Below are positions 1 through 10,490 of a DNA stretch of 20,000 nt, in pieces. Source of the DNA: Chiloscyllium plagiosum (lineage: Eukaryota); contig NC_057718.1 of NCBI RefSeq assembly GCF_004010195.1, forward strand, positions 38,189,602 to 38,209,601, in the 5' to 3' direction. The notes under the pieces were generated by a model. The model saw only the letters and a list, made by a program, of their open reading frames with translations. It had not been told where the DNA came from and ran no database searches. Both the position numbers and the translations under genes were made by a program. Each line of letters starts with the position of its first letter. Position 1 is the stretch's first letter.

Positions 1-120
1 ACTTACCTGATTAGCCAATTTTGGCTTCTCCCTTCCTAAGTTCCTCCTTGCTCTGGGATATGCCTTTGCTGAGAGACATGAATTTTAAAAGAAAAAGTCT
101 GTCATTATTCCTCAACCATT

Positions 121-343
121 GGGTGGCACTTTGGCTCAGTGGTTAGCACAGCTGTCTCACAGCGCCTGGGACCCAGGTTTGATTCCACCCTGGGGCAACT
201 GTCTGTGAGGGGTTTGCAGATTCTCCCCCCATGTCTACATGGGTTTCCTCCAACTACACAGGTTTCCTCCCACAGTCCAAAGATTTGCAGGTTAGGTGGA
301 TTGGTCATGCTAAATTGTCTGTAGTGTGCTGGCCAGGTAGATT
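121..343 (+). mobile_element. HE1-type (V-SINE) tRNA-derived SINE, 5' part (interrupted by the CR1 LINE)
   Basis: tRNA-like head with A box TGGCTCAGTGG and B box GGTTTGATTCC. V-domain-like core GGTTTCCTCCCACAGTCCAAAGAT..GCAGGTTAGGTGGATTGG.CATGCTAAATTG. Closely similar to the reverse-strand copy at 18534-18843. Confidence 0.9.
132..186 (+). promoter_or_regulatory. Pol III type-2 internal promoter of the SINE (A box 132-142, B box 176-186)
   Basis: TGGCTCAGTGG and GGTTTGATTCC (one change from the GGTTCGANTCC consensus) at tRNA-like spacing. Confidence 0.7.
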
Positions 344-404
344 AAGACCATAAGACATAGGAGTGGAAGTAAGGCCATTCGACCCATCGAATCCGCTCTG
401 CAAT

Positions 405-3240
405 TTAATCGTGGCTGATGGGCATTTCAACTCCACTACGCGCGCTCTCCCTGTAGCCCGTAATTCCTTGCGAGATCAAGAATTTATCAATCTCTGCCTT
501 AAAGACATTTGACATCCTGGCCTCCACTGCCCTCTGTGACATTGAATTCCACAGGCCCGCCACTCTCTGACGGCAGAAATGTCTCCTCGTTTCGGTTCTA
601 AATTGACCTGCTCTAATTCTAAGGCTATGTCTATGGGTCCTAGTTTCCTTGCCTAATGGAAACAACTTCCCCAGTGTCCACCCTTTCTAAGCCATGCATT
701 ATCTTGTAAGTTTCTATTAGATCTCCCCTCAAACCTCTCAACTCTAATGAATACATTGCCAGGATTCTCAGCTGTTAATTGTATGTTAGACCTACTATTC
801 CAGGGATCATCCGTGTGAATCGCTGCTGGACACGCTCCAGTGCCAGTATGTCTTTCCTGAGGTGTGGGGCCCAAAATTGGACACAGTATTCTAAATGGGG
901 CCTAACTAGAGCTTTCTAAAGTCTCAGAAGCACATCGCTGATTTTATATTCCAACCCTCTTGAGATAAATGACAACATTACATTCGCTTTCTTATTCGCA
1001 GACTCACCCTGCAAGTTAACCTTGAGAGAATCCTGAACTAGTATTCCCTTTGTACTTTGGCTTTATGAATTTGCTCACTGTTTAGAAAATAGTCCGTACC
1101 TGTATTAATTTTTCCAAAGTGCAACATCTTGCATTTGCTCACATTGAATTTCATCAGCCATTTCCTGGACAACTCTCCTAAACTATCTAAATCTTTCTGC
1201 AGCCTCTTCACCTCCTCAGCATGACCTGCCTGTCCAGCTAACTTTATATCATCAGTGAACTTTGCCAGAATGCTGCCAATCCCTTCACCCAGATCATTAA
1301 TATATAAAGTGGACAGCTGCAGCCCCAACACTGAACCCTGTGGGACACCACTTGTCACCAGCTTCCATTCCGATAAAGAACCTTTTATTCCAACTCTCTG
1401 CCTTCTGTCAGACAGCCAATCCTCAATACATGCCAGTAGCTCACCTCAGACACCATGGGCCCTCACCTTACTCAGCAGCCTCCTGTGAGGTACCTTTATC
1501 AAAGGCCTTTTGGAAGTCCAGATAGATAACATCCACTGGATTTCCCTGGTCTAACCTACTTGTTACCTCTTCAAAGAGTTCTAACAGATTAGTCAGGCAC
1601 GACCTCCCCTTACTAAATCCATGTTGACTTGTTCTAATTGACCCGTACTTCCAAGAATTCAGAAATCTCATCCTTAACGATGGATTCGGGAGTTTTGCCA
1701 ACAATTGAGGTTAGGCTAATCTGCCTATAATTTTCCATCTTTTGCCTTGATCCTTTCTTGAACAAGGGGGTTACAACAGCAATTTCCCAATCATCTGATA
1801 TTTTTCCTGACTCCAGTGACTTTGGAAAGATCACAACCAACGCCTCTGCTATTTCCTCAGCCATCTCCCTCAGAACTCTAGGATGCAGCCCACCGGGGCC
1901 AGGAGATTTATCAATTTTTAGACCTTTTACTTTTCTAGCATTTCTCTTTTTTAATGACTATTATACTCAACTCTGCCCCCTGACTCTCCTGAATTGTTGG
2001 GATATTACTCATGTCTTCCACTGTGAAGACTAATGCAAAATACTTATTAAGTTCTTCAGCTATTTCCTTATCTCCCATCACTAATTTTCCAACATCAATT
2101 TGGAGCACCCCAATGTCTCCTTTTGCCTCTTGTTTGTTTCTTATGTACTGAAAGAAACTTTTACTATCATTTCTAATATTACTGGCTACCCTACCTTCAT
2201 ATTTGATCCTCTCCTTCCTTCCTTCTCTCTTTGTTATCCTCTGTTTGTTTTTGTAGTCTTCCAAATCTTCTGATTTCCCAGTTCTCTTGGCCACTTTATG
2301 GGCTCTCTCTTTTTCTTTGATATATTTCCTGACTTCCTTTGTCAGCCATGGCTGTCTAACCACCACCACCACCAGATAATATTTCTTTTCTTTGGGATGA
2401 ACCTGTGTACTGTGTCCTCAATTACACCCAGAAACTCCTGTCATTGTTGCTGTACTGTCTTCCCCACTGGGCTCTGCTTCCAGTCAAGTTTCATCAGTTC
2501 ATCTCTCATGCTGCTATAAATATCTTTATTTAACTGTAACACCACTACATCCAATTTTGCCTTCTCGCTTTCAAACTGCAGACTGAACTCTACCATTTTA
2601 TAATCACTTCCTCCTAAGTGTTCCTTACTTTAAGATCTTTTATAATGTCTGGCTCATTACATAGCACCAAGTCCTGAATAGCCTGCTCCCTTATGGGCTC
2701 TATCACAAGCTGTTCCAAAAAACCAACCTGTAAGCATTCCATCAATTCCCTTTCTTTGGATCCACCGGCAACACTATTCACCCAGTTCACCTGCATAGTG
2801 AACTCCCCCATGATCACCGTGACCTTGCCTTTCTGACATGCCCAATCTATTGCCCCGTACGTCTTGTGCCCTGGTCCTAACCACTGTTAGGAGGTCTGTA
2901 CATAACTCCCATTATGTTTTTTTTTGCCTTTGTGGTTCCAGAAGTCCACCTGCACAGACTCCACATCATCTGACCCGATGTCATTTAGTGCCAAAAATTT
3001 AATTTTGTTCTGAACTGACAAGGCAACCCCACTTCCTCTGCCCACCTCTTTTGCATAAGTTGTCTTTTGGATAAGTTGTAAATCCTTGGATGTTTAACTG
3101 CCAGTCCTGAACCCCCTGCAACAATGTCTCTGTGAAGCCTACCACATCATAATAATTCACGATGATTTCTGCTGTTAATTCATCTACTTTGTTATGAATA
3201 TTATGAGCATTCAGGTAAATGCCTTAATGCTAACTTTCTT
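405..3240 (-). pseudogene. CR1 ORF2 (AP endonuclease + reverse transcriptase), multiple stops and frameshifts
   Basis: Fragments include YLNAHNIHNKVDE (APE N-terminus, ~3180-3220), [99 protein letters not shown] (degenerate YADD) and RVAGLWNSM. Confidence 0.93.
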
Positions 3241-3409
3241 ATAATTATTAGAGATATTGGAAATCATAAGATGTCCTGCCTTATCCTTCCTTTTTGCTGC
3301 ATTTCTAGCTTGCTTTGAGTTTAAACCCACATGTACACATTCTATTCTGCAGCTTATCTTTCCTTTTAACTCCATACTCCATGTCGCTTTCGCTTTCTCT
3401 TCCGCCCGA

Positions 3410-3990
3410 CTCAGAAGTTTAAAGTCCTACTGAGCACCGATTTATCCTTTTCGCTAGAATACTGGTTGCAAATTGGTTCAGGTGGAGGCCATCCCAACGG
3501 TACAGATCTCCCTGTTTCAAAAACTGATGCCAATGCCCCATGAAATGGAATTCCTCTTTCCCACATCAATCCTTTAGCCACGTGTTTACTTTCCTAACTT
3601 TCTTATCCCTATGCCAATTGGCATGTGGCTCAGGCAGTAATCCGGAAATTATGACCCTTGAGGACCTGTACTTCAATTTCCTTCCGAGTGCTTGATAATC
3701 CCCAAACAGGGCCTCTACCCTAGCTTTGCCTCTGTTGTTAGTTCCAATGTGGACCATAACAACTGGATTCTCCCCCTCCCGCTCCAATATCCTTTTAAGC
3801 CAGTTGGAGATATCCTGCATCCTGGCACCGGGCAGGCAACACAGCATGCAGGACTCCTGATTCGGCTTGCATAGAATACTATCTGTCCCCAAAATTATAG
3901 AATCCCTAAAACAACTACTTGTCTTTTTGCTTCCCCCTCTTGAATGGCCTTCTGCACCCTGGTGCTGTGATCAGCTGGCTCATCATGTCC
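3410..3990 (-). pseudogene. CR1 ORF1 SGNH/GDSL esterase domain, disrupted
   Basis: QVVVL-G(D)S frameshifted at ~3900, CCLPGARMQDI, VVMVHIGTNN, RVIISGLLP, and RWDGLHLN (DxxH motif, ~3475-3500). Esterase-type ORF1 is established for CR1 elements. Confidence 0.88.
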
Positions 3991-3992
3991 GC

Positions 3993-4065
3993 AACCCTGG
4001 GAAATGCAGGGATAGGGTGAGTCGGTGTGGGCCAAATGCCCTGCTTCCACACTGTAGGGATGATC
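3993..4065 (+). mobile_element. HE1-type SINE, 3' remainder of the copy starting at 121
   Basis: GGGAAATGCAGGGATAGGGT..GTCGGTGTGGGCCAAATGCCCTGCTTCCACACTGTAGG matches the tail of the intact SINE at 18534-18600 (reverse complement GTCGGTGTGGACTTGTTGGGCCAAAGGGCCTGTTTCCACACTGTAAG). Confidence 0.8.
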
Positions 4066-4879
4066 TTTTTGTTTGGAGACCATTGACTGATCTTGTAATC
4101 TCCATTACAACTTGTACAATCATCAGTTCATAAGGTGTCCCAAAATGTATTAAGTGTTTAGCAAGTTGAAAATATGCTCATGTGATTCTTCTGCTTAAAT
4201 ATTTTCCCCAGTTTTATGTTTCAATTATCCAGTCAAGTTTAATTTTTGTTGATAAATTAACATTTTGTCCTGATTGAGTAAATTAGAACTGTACCTAATT
4301 TTTTTCCAGCATTTTCTGTGGGCATAAGTTCGTATAAATTGTGCTATTGCACTCCCAACAATCTGGTCGATAAGGACTCAACCCAGAGTTACTTGAGCCA
4401 TATGGACGATGAGAACCTAAATGCACAAATTTTAGTCTGTGCTGACTTAACATCTCTATAGGGACAGTTGTTCACAGTTTGTATATGATAATACCTTTTG
4501 GATCACCTTAGTGCTGGGAAATACTGCAGAAATGATAACCTGGGCCAAAATTAACAGTAATTTGGGCAAGTGTGGCTTCAGGGAAGACAGGACAGATTTG
4601 TTAAAGTCCAATCATGTTTAAATAGCTTGTTTTGAGTTGGGTTGCCAATGTAATTGACACGATATGATACCTAAGGCATTTGATAACGTTTCACATCACA
4701 GGCTTCAACTTTGCTGACAAGCCGATGGTATGAAAGGGGTAGCCTGGAGAAACAACTGCTGAAATGACAGGAATTGATAGCCATGAAAATTGTTTTACGG
4801 TCACTAGGCAGGTATCCAGTTTGATTGCACGAGGATTAATATTTGGACTGTTGTTCTTAATAATGACTGGGACTTGGAT

Positions 4880-4913
4880 GTCCTGGAGAAGGGCTCGTGC
4901 CCGAAACGTTGAT
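4880..4913 (+). ncRNA. Minimal type-I hammerhead ribozyme motif, core mutated (CUGGAGA instead of CUGANGA)
   Basis: CTGGAGA-A-GGGC/TCGT/GCCC-GAAA-CGTT^GAT: perfect 4-bp stem II, GAAA box, palindromic AACGTT in place of stem III, and a 3-bp stem I (GTC/GAT). Confidence 0.65.
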
Positions 4914-5007
4914 TCTCCTGCTCCTTGGATGCTGCCTGACCTGCTGCGCTTTTCCAGCAACACATTTTCAGCTCTGATCTCCAGCATCTGCAGTCCTCAC
5001 TTTTTCC
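4882..5007 (+). mobile_element. Short Penelope-like terminal-repeat element (126 bp) with 10-bp TSD
   Basis: Flanked by an exact direct repeat ACTTGGATGT (4872-4881 and 5008-5017). Begins with a hammerhead-like motif. Body is homologous to 6683-6779 (-) and 16983-17080 (-). Confidence 0.8.
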
Positions 5008-5254
5008 ACTTGGATGTTTAGGACAATCTCAAAATTTGCAGATGACCCCGAACCTGCAAGTGATATAAACTATGAAGATGACTGGTGATAAATTTCAAAA
5101 GGGCATAAACAGGCTAGTGGATTGAGCGAGCACATGAATAAAATTTCATGCAGAGAATTGTGAATTAATACATTTTGGTTGGAACACTGAGAGGAGATGT
5201 GGTAAATTCAAATATACCGCTCCAATGGCACCATGTCCTCAAAAAATCAATCAA

Positions 5255-5515
5255 GCTTTGCCCTGGATGGTGTGAAGCTGCTTGTATGTTGTAGGAGCTA
5301 GACACTCATCCAGGTAAGTGGGAAGTATTCCATCATACTCCTGATTTTGCATTGCCGACGGCGGACAAGTTTTGGACAGTCTAGAGGCAAGTTATATAGT
5401 TATTACTGCAAGATTCCTAGCCTTTTAACTTCTTTTCAAGCCACGTAATTATATGGCTAATTCAATTCAGTTGCTGATCAATGATAACTGGATGATGTTA
5501 GTCATTGATTCAGTG
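5255..5515 (-). mobile_element. Old fragment of a second CR1/L2-group LINE family (post-RT region)
   Basis: Minus strand reads AAAATCAGGAGTATGATGGAATACTTCCCACTTACCTGGATGAGT (K-I-R-S-M-M-E-Y-F-P-L-T-W-M-S), the 'RSxxEY...W' motif downstream of RT. Confidence 0.65.
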
Positions 5516-6682
5516 ACGAGATAAAATAAGGAGTGCACATGTTTAACTTTGCTGCAATCTAATTTTTTCCCCCAGCAATGTTGCAGTAATACTCGTCCTG
5601 TTGGAGCAATCAGGTGAAACTAAAATAATCATGTTGCTTTTGATCATTTACTGATTCACCTTTGGTCATTGTTTTGAAAAGCTGTGGAATGAAGCTGGGC
5701 AGTTTGTGTGTGTGCTGGTGCTGCCTTCATGATGCTGACAACTCCTGAAGCCTGTCACAGCCAGCTGATATCACCAGCCTGGTCTGCATATGTGCCGACA
5801 ACTCTTTTATTGACTACTTTGACACTTGGAGTAAGTACTGTGATCACGTTGAATGAGAATAGTCTGGTCTTGTGGGAGACTACATCTATAAAATGTATGG
5901 AAATATATCTTTACAATGTACCTTTTAAATTAGAGCACAGATTTCCTGTCACTTTGACAGCAATTTTAAGCATCAACCTTAATTTAATGTGAAGTTGAAA
6001 TCAATTGAAATTGATTATCAGCGTTAACTTACTTAATTTCCCATTTCGTTTGAAGCTTGTAGGTACATTTTTGCATATGTTGTACTTGAATGTTAGTCAA
6101 CTCTTGTTTTTGATTTTATATTTTGGGTTTTTGCAAAATATGCATTAACTGATTTAATTCTGTGTTCCTCTTCCTTGTAGTGCTGTCTTGGTGGAATTTT
6201 CTCTCATTTCCTTTACAGGTCAGATTAAAATTCACACAACTTAGCAAACCATACTGACTAAAGTTTGGTTCTTGAAATAACTGGAAACCAGTGGCAGAAT
6301 ACTTGAATCTGTCTGTGAACACATTGATTGATTTGGTTGTTACTTTTTCTCTTACCCTTGAATTGTATTGAATTTATTGTCACGTGTACCGAGGCATGGT
6401 GAAAAGCTTTGTCTTACGAACAATACAGGCAGATAGCATAGGTAAACAGCGGCAAAAACAAAAACACAGGTACAGGCGAATGCTAAGAGTTTGTAAGTCC
6501 CCTCAGTATTCTAATGACAGTAAGGTAGAAACTATTTCGAAGCCAGCTGGTGCGTGTGTTCAGGCTTCTGTACCTTCTCCCCGATGGTAGAGGTTGTAGA
6601 AAAACATTGCCAGGGTAGGATGGATCTTTGAGAATGCTGGCAGCCTTTCCTTGACAGCGGGCCTGGTAGATGTATTCCATAG

Positions 6683-6832
6683 GTAAAAACAATGACTGCA
6701 GATGCTGGAAACCAGATTCTGGATCAGTGGTGCTGGAAGAGCACAGCAATTCAGGCAGCATCCAACGAGCAGCAAAATCATCTGACTGATGCTGCCTGAA
6801 TTGCTGTGCTCTTCCATCACCACTGATCCAGA
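6683..6832 (-). mobile_element. Short Penelope-like repeat with inverted partial duplication and 15-bp TSD
   Basis: TSD AGATGTATTCCATAG (6668-6682) / AGATGGATTCCATAG (6833-6847). 6683-6779 (-) is homologous to 4911-5007. It interrupts the Rex1 reading frame. Confidence 0.8.
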
Positions 6833-6833
6833 A
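6717..6833. repeat. 46-bp inverted repeat (45/46 identical) with a 25-nt spacer
   Basis: Arm 6717-6762 TTCTGGATCAGTGGTGCTGGAAGAGCACAGCAATTCAGGCAGCATC; arm 6788-6833 is its reverse complement with one mismatch. Confidence 0.97.
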
Positions 6834-7239
6834 GATGGATTCCATAGATGGGAGGTTGGCTTTTGTGATTGTCTGGGCCGAGTTCACCACTCTTGGTAAT
6901 CTCCATAACCATCTCCGATCTTGAATGGTACAGTTGCCATACCAGAATGCTCTCGATGGCGCGTCGATAAAAGTTGGCAAGGGTATTCACCGTCATGCCT
7001 TGTGCTGTCGTAATGGTGTTAATACTGTTTGGCATTGAATGTCCTCTGGTGCATCTTAAATAATTGTACCTTTTTCTGGTTGACTTAAAGCAATGCAGAG
7101 ACTTGGGATTAATCCAATAGTTTCTTGGCTTGTGTTGCCAATGAAATAAATGGATTGTTGATATTTCACGTCTCTTATCATTGTGAACCTGTATTGCGAA
7201 AATCTAATCCTTGTGGCTTCTTGCAATAGCTATTACTGT

Positions 7240-8200
7240 TGTTGTCCCCTATTGCCTTGTGTATACTCAACAGACCCATCTTTGGGGAGTCTTCTACTTG
7301 TCAATTATTTTAACCCTCAACAGTATTGTGTGACGAGACAGCATTGTTTGCTGACGGCACTCGGCTCTGTCATCATCACCTCTTTTGACTTGTCCAGTGC
7401 TGCTAAATTCCTTATCCAACATCCAGCGGTGGGCAAACAGAAAGTTCATCTGGTTAAATGTTTGGAAGCCTGAAGTCATTGGTTGTTGGCCCTGTTCCAA
7501 ACTCAGTTCCCCAGCCACTGACTTCATCCCTCTCCATGGCAGCAGTCTGAGACTAACCAGTATGTTTCCAAACTTGATGTTACTTTTGGTCCCAAGGTGA
7601 ACTTCAGACTTTGTACTCATTCAATCACACAGATTGCTCATTTCTTACTTTGCCTCTATCTTAATTCATCTGGTGTTGTTACATCTTTGTTGGCTCTTGA
7701 CTGGACTATTGCAAAATAGCTGGCTGGTCTCCCACATGTCTCTCCATGTAAATTTGAGATCATATATAACTCTGCTACCCATTCTTAACTTGCAACAAGT
7801 ATCACCCTTATCACTCCTGTATTTTGCATCAAGCATACAATCTTGATTTTAAAATTTTCAGCTGCTCTATGTGGACTTGCCCTCCATGTTGAAAAGAAAT
7901 TTCCTGTTACCTTACAACCATTTGAGATGTCTGTACTGTTCGAATTCTGGCGTCTTCTGCATCCCCATTTTAATTGCTCGATCATGAATTGGTTGGCTGT
8001 GCTTTCAGTTTACTTGAACCCAAGCTCCTGAATGCACTCTGTCTTTCTGCAACTCTTTCCTCCTTTAAGACACTCCTTAAATCCACCTGCCTTAGCCACA
8101 GTTTTGTCATAGACTGTCTTATCACATGAATGTAAAGTGCCTTTGGTTTAAACTGATGTAAAATAAAGATGCCATTTTAGGTAGATGTTGATCTTGTTGC
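7240..8200 (+). mobile_element. Old L2-clade LINE, RT C-terminal half plus 3' UTR
   Basis: TTTGCTGACGGCACTCGGCTC (FADGTRL, like YADDTQL), LSNIQRWANRKFIWLNVWKPEVI (L2 'W...N.L.LN..KTE'), CTGGACTATTGCAA (LDYC), TCCTCCTTTAAGACACTCCTTAAA (SSFKTLLK), and a TGTAAAGTGCCTTTGG tail. Confidence 0.8.
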
Positions 8201-9784
8201 CATCATATGGGAAGCTCGTTTTGTTCCAAATGTGTAGAGCGTTTCACAAAGCTTTGGTTTGAGTCTGGTTAGCTATTGAAATTAACAGGGTTGGACAATG
8301 AACATGGGTGTGGAAAGGATTATGAACTATAAGCAATATTATCTGTATATTTAGCAGTGTAAGTTTTCCTTGATATTTCAACAAACAGATATGTGTAGAA
8401 GAATGAGATGAGAAGGAAATAAACTGAAAAAAGTGTTGTAATTTAATGTTGTTTTTTATTTTTGAGATGAAATTTGCCTTTCCTGTTTTTCCCTAGTCAA
8501 GTGTATATGAGTGTTTTTAAGATCACATGTGGTTTGCAAATGTTCATATTTGCTAAGTCCTTTTATTTTGTTCTGTATGTTTTGGTTTTTATTTGGGATA
8601 TGAAGAATAACTTTTCCTGATTGTTGATGCCATTAGTGATATACAACTCTTTAACTTCTCTCCTTTGTATGTAATGGTTTTGAACTGTTCTACGGTTGCT
8701 TGCCTGTCAAATGCTACAGAATTGTGAAGGTGTAAAACAGTCACTTCTCTCAAGTTTAACTGTGGAGATTGACTTGTTTTTTTAAAAAAAGTTTGTTTTT
8801 AATTCCTGTCAGGCAAGGTTAAGTTCAAAAGGATCTTGTCACTTTGAAGAGTGGAAGCCATGTGCTGTGTGCTTATCAGTGTCATCAGGAAGTTGGTCAT
8901 AGTTTTAAGTAAGGCTTTAGGTGTTTCAACACAGTGCTTCACCTGCTATCCACCCACATGTTGGATTTCCCAGAAATGATACATTGTGAAGGAGGGTGGA
9001 TGTATATGACTGTGTCCGGAACCCAATAAAGAACCACTGTTTAAAATTAGTAACTAAGTCGTGAAACATGTTAATTCAGCCCTTTTCTTAGACAGTAAAG
9101 ATGAAACGGCTTTTGTAAGGCTTCCCTGTGATGGTTTCTGTTTTTGTTAAGCTGCTGATGGAAAATAATATCAATCTGGTCATCGAAAGCATCCATGCTC
9201 TTGTGTAATTGGCTTATGTTTGAATACATGATGGTCATCATTTTGTATCACTTAAGAGCCTGATTGGCACACGATTTGGCAGGCTTACTTGGTAGGTTGA
9301 GGATTCATTTGACTTTAAAGATGACTGACCCTCCCACATTATCTCAAGAAGTAGAAAATTTCATCTTTGGTGTCATGGTAAATGCAGTGAAGAAAATTTT
9401 TCAGCCTAGTTGATCCATGTAATGCAGATTCTGTCTGTGTCAAGATCTGAAAGGCAAGAATTTTTCACCCCCTGTCTTGCTAAAGAAGGGCCAACTATTG
9501 GCAAAAGAGGGAGGTGTTGAATGTGTCAACTATTATTAGTTTGTGTATATATAGACAATTGAGCCAATAAAAATTGTGTGTATGGGTTAATTGAGACATT
9601 GAATGTAATCGAGTGTTTCTTCACAGAAAGTGGTGCTTTTGCATGACTGTTTGAATAGTTTGTGTAAGCTTCTGATATTCAAATCATTATTGAGTTACTT
9701 CGTGGAATATGAAAGCACTATTTTGCAAAGATGTAATTCCTTTGCAGACTATTTGGTCACATTCATTTTTGAAATGAAATAATG

Positions 9785-9900
9785 TATCAGGGATAGGCTA
9801 TTTGGCCCTCAAACATACTGGGCTGATCAGTAAAGTCATGCCTAATGTGATAGTGGCATTAATGTCACTTCCTTATTGCTCCTATGCCCAACCTCCCTCA
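9785..9900 (-). mobile_element. Very old CR1 3'-end fragment
   Basis: TAGGCTATTTGGCCCTC...TAAAGTCATGCCTAAT resembles the CR1 3' UTR at 370-420 (AAGGCCATTCGACCCATC...TAATCGTGGCTGAT). Confidence 0.5.
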
Positions 9901-10490
9901 CCCACCCACCCAAATAGGTTACTGCCTTGAAATATTTGGTCTGTAATACTATTAGTCACATAATGGGAAATGTTTTTCTTGGATGGATGTGGAGAAGGAT
10001 GATCCTTGTGGTGTTCTCAAGGGAACTGTGTTTTGAAACCCTGCTCTTCATAATATTTGTAAAAGGAAAACAGATCCCTTTGCTTTTGCTTTAATTGTAA
10101 CTTTAGCATTTTCTTGTGGGAAGCAACTGTGATTTGTGCTGCATTTTTATGCAGAACAGACTGCACGTCAGATGATGTTTCTCTGCAGTTAGGTGCAAAA
10201 TAGCTGCTTTATGGATGTGTCCAAACTGTGAACCCCAAGTTAGCTAATCAAAGTTTAAAGGCAAATAGCTGTAATTGCAAACTTTTGGCTCGGATTTTCA
10301 GTACTGCATGCTGAAGGGAAGCCATCAAGTGATCAGCTACTAAAATTTAAAACTCTATTCAGAAAGAATACATCTTCCTGAATTTGTCGATGATATCACC
10401 ATGTTATATTGCTAGCTGCCTGATCTAGTATAATGGAAGTGCTATAGCCTGAAGAAAATTGCAAGTTTCAACTTCATTGTAGTTGAAGGT

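Larger units (their letters stand above)
343..3992 (-). mobile_element. CR1-clade LINE, 5'-truncated within ORF1, decayed
   Basis: Collinear minus-strand fragments: esterase ORF1, then APE, then RT, then C-terminal region, ending in a CR1-type 3' UTR (..GATGGGTCGAATGGCCTTACTTCCACTCCTATGTCTTATGGTCTTA). Confidence 0.95.
4530..5215 (+). mobile_element. Old CR1 RT-domain fragment, interrupted at 4882-5007
   Basis: AAGGCATTTGATAACGTT (KAFD), ATCTCAAAATTTGCAGATGAC (ISKFADD, 5026-5046) and TGTGAATTAATACATTTTGGT (CELIHFG) occur in CR1 order. Confidence 0.8.
6358..7000 (-). mobile_element. Rex1/Babar-type non-LTR retrotransposon 3' end, interrupted at 6683-6832
   Basis: LANFYRRAIESIL, WYGNCTIQDRR, RVVNSAQTITKANLPSME|YIYQARCQGKAASILKDPSYPGNVFLQPLPSGRRYRSLNTRTSWLRNSFY is a typical Rex1/Babar C-terminus. 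3' end is GTGACAATAAATTCAATACAATTCAA. Confidence 0.85.

Noticed and set aside
1..9. ACTTACCTG resembles the U1 snRNA 5' end or a minus-strand splice donor
   Set aside because: Only 9 nt match and the following sequence is not U1. A donor cannot be evaluated at the window edge.
121..195. tRNA gene
   Set aside because: It is the tRNA-derived head of the SINE and continues into the V-domain; the same applies to 18770-18843.
4691..4987. 98-aa ORF 'MLEIRAENVLLEKRSRSGSIQGAGESTFRA'
   Set aside because: Antisense translation of the Penelope-like repeat plus old CR1; not a host gene.
5576..5613. Possible 38-nt micro-exon (CTAAT..TTTTTTCCCCCAG acceptor, CAG|GTGAAA donor)
   Set aside because: Weak donor and no recognisable peptide; cannot be supported without RNA-seq.
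6160..6260. Two acceptor-like polypyrimidine-AG sites
   Set aside because: Stops follow quickly in all frames and there is no matching donor; such sites are expected by chance in T-rich DNA.
6483..6980. 165-aa ORF as a novel protein
   Set aside because: It is the Rex1/Babar C-terminus with the inverted-repeat insert happening to preserve the frame.
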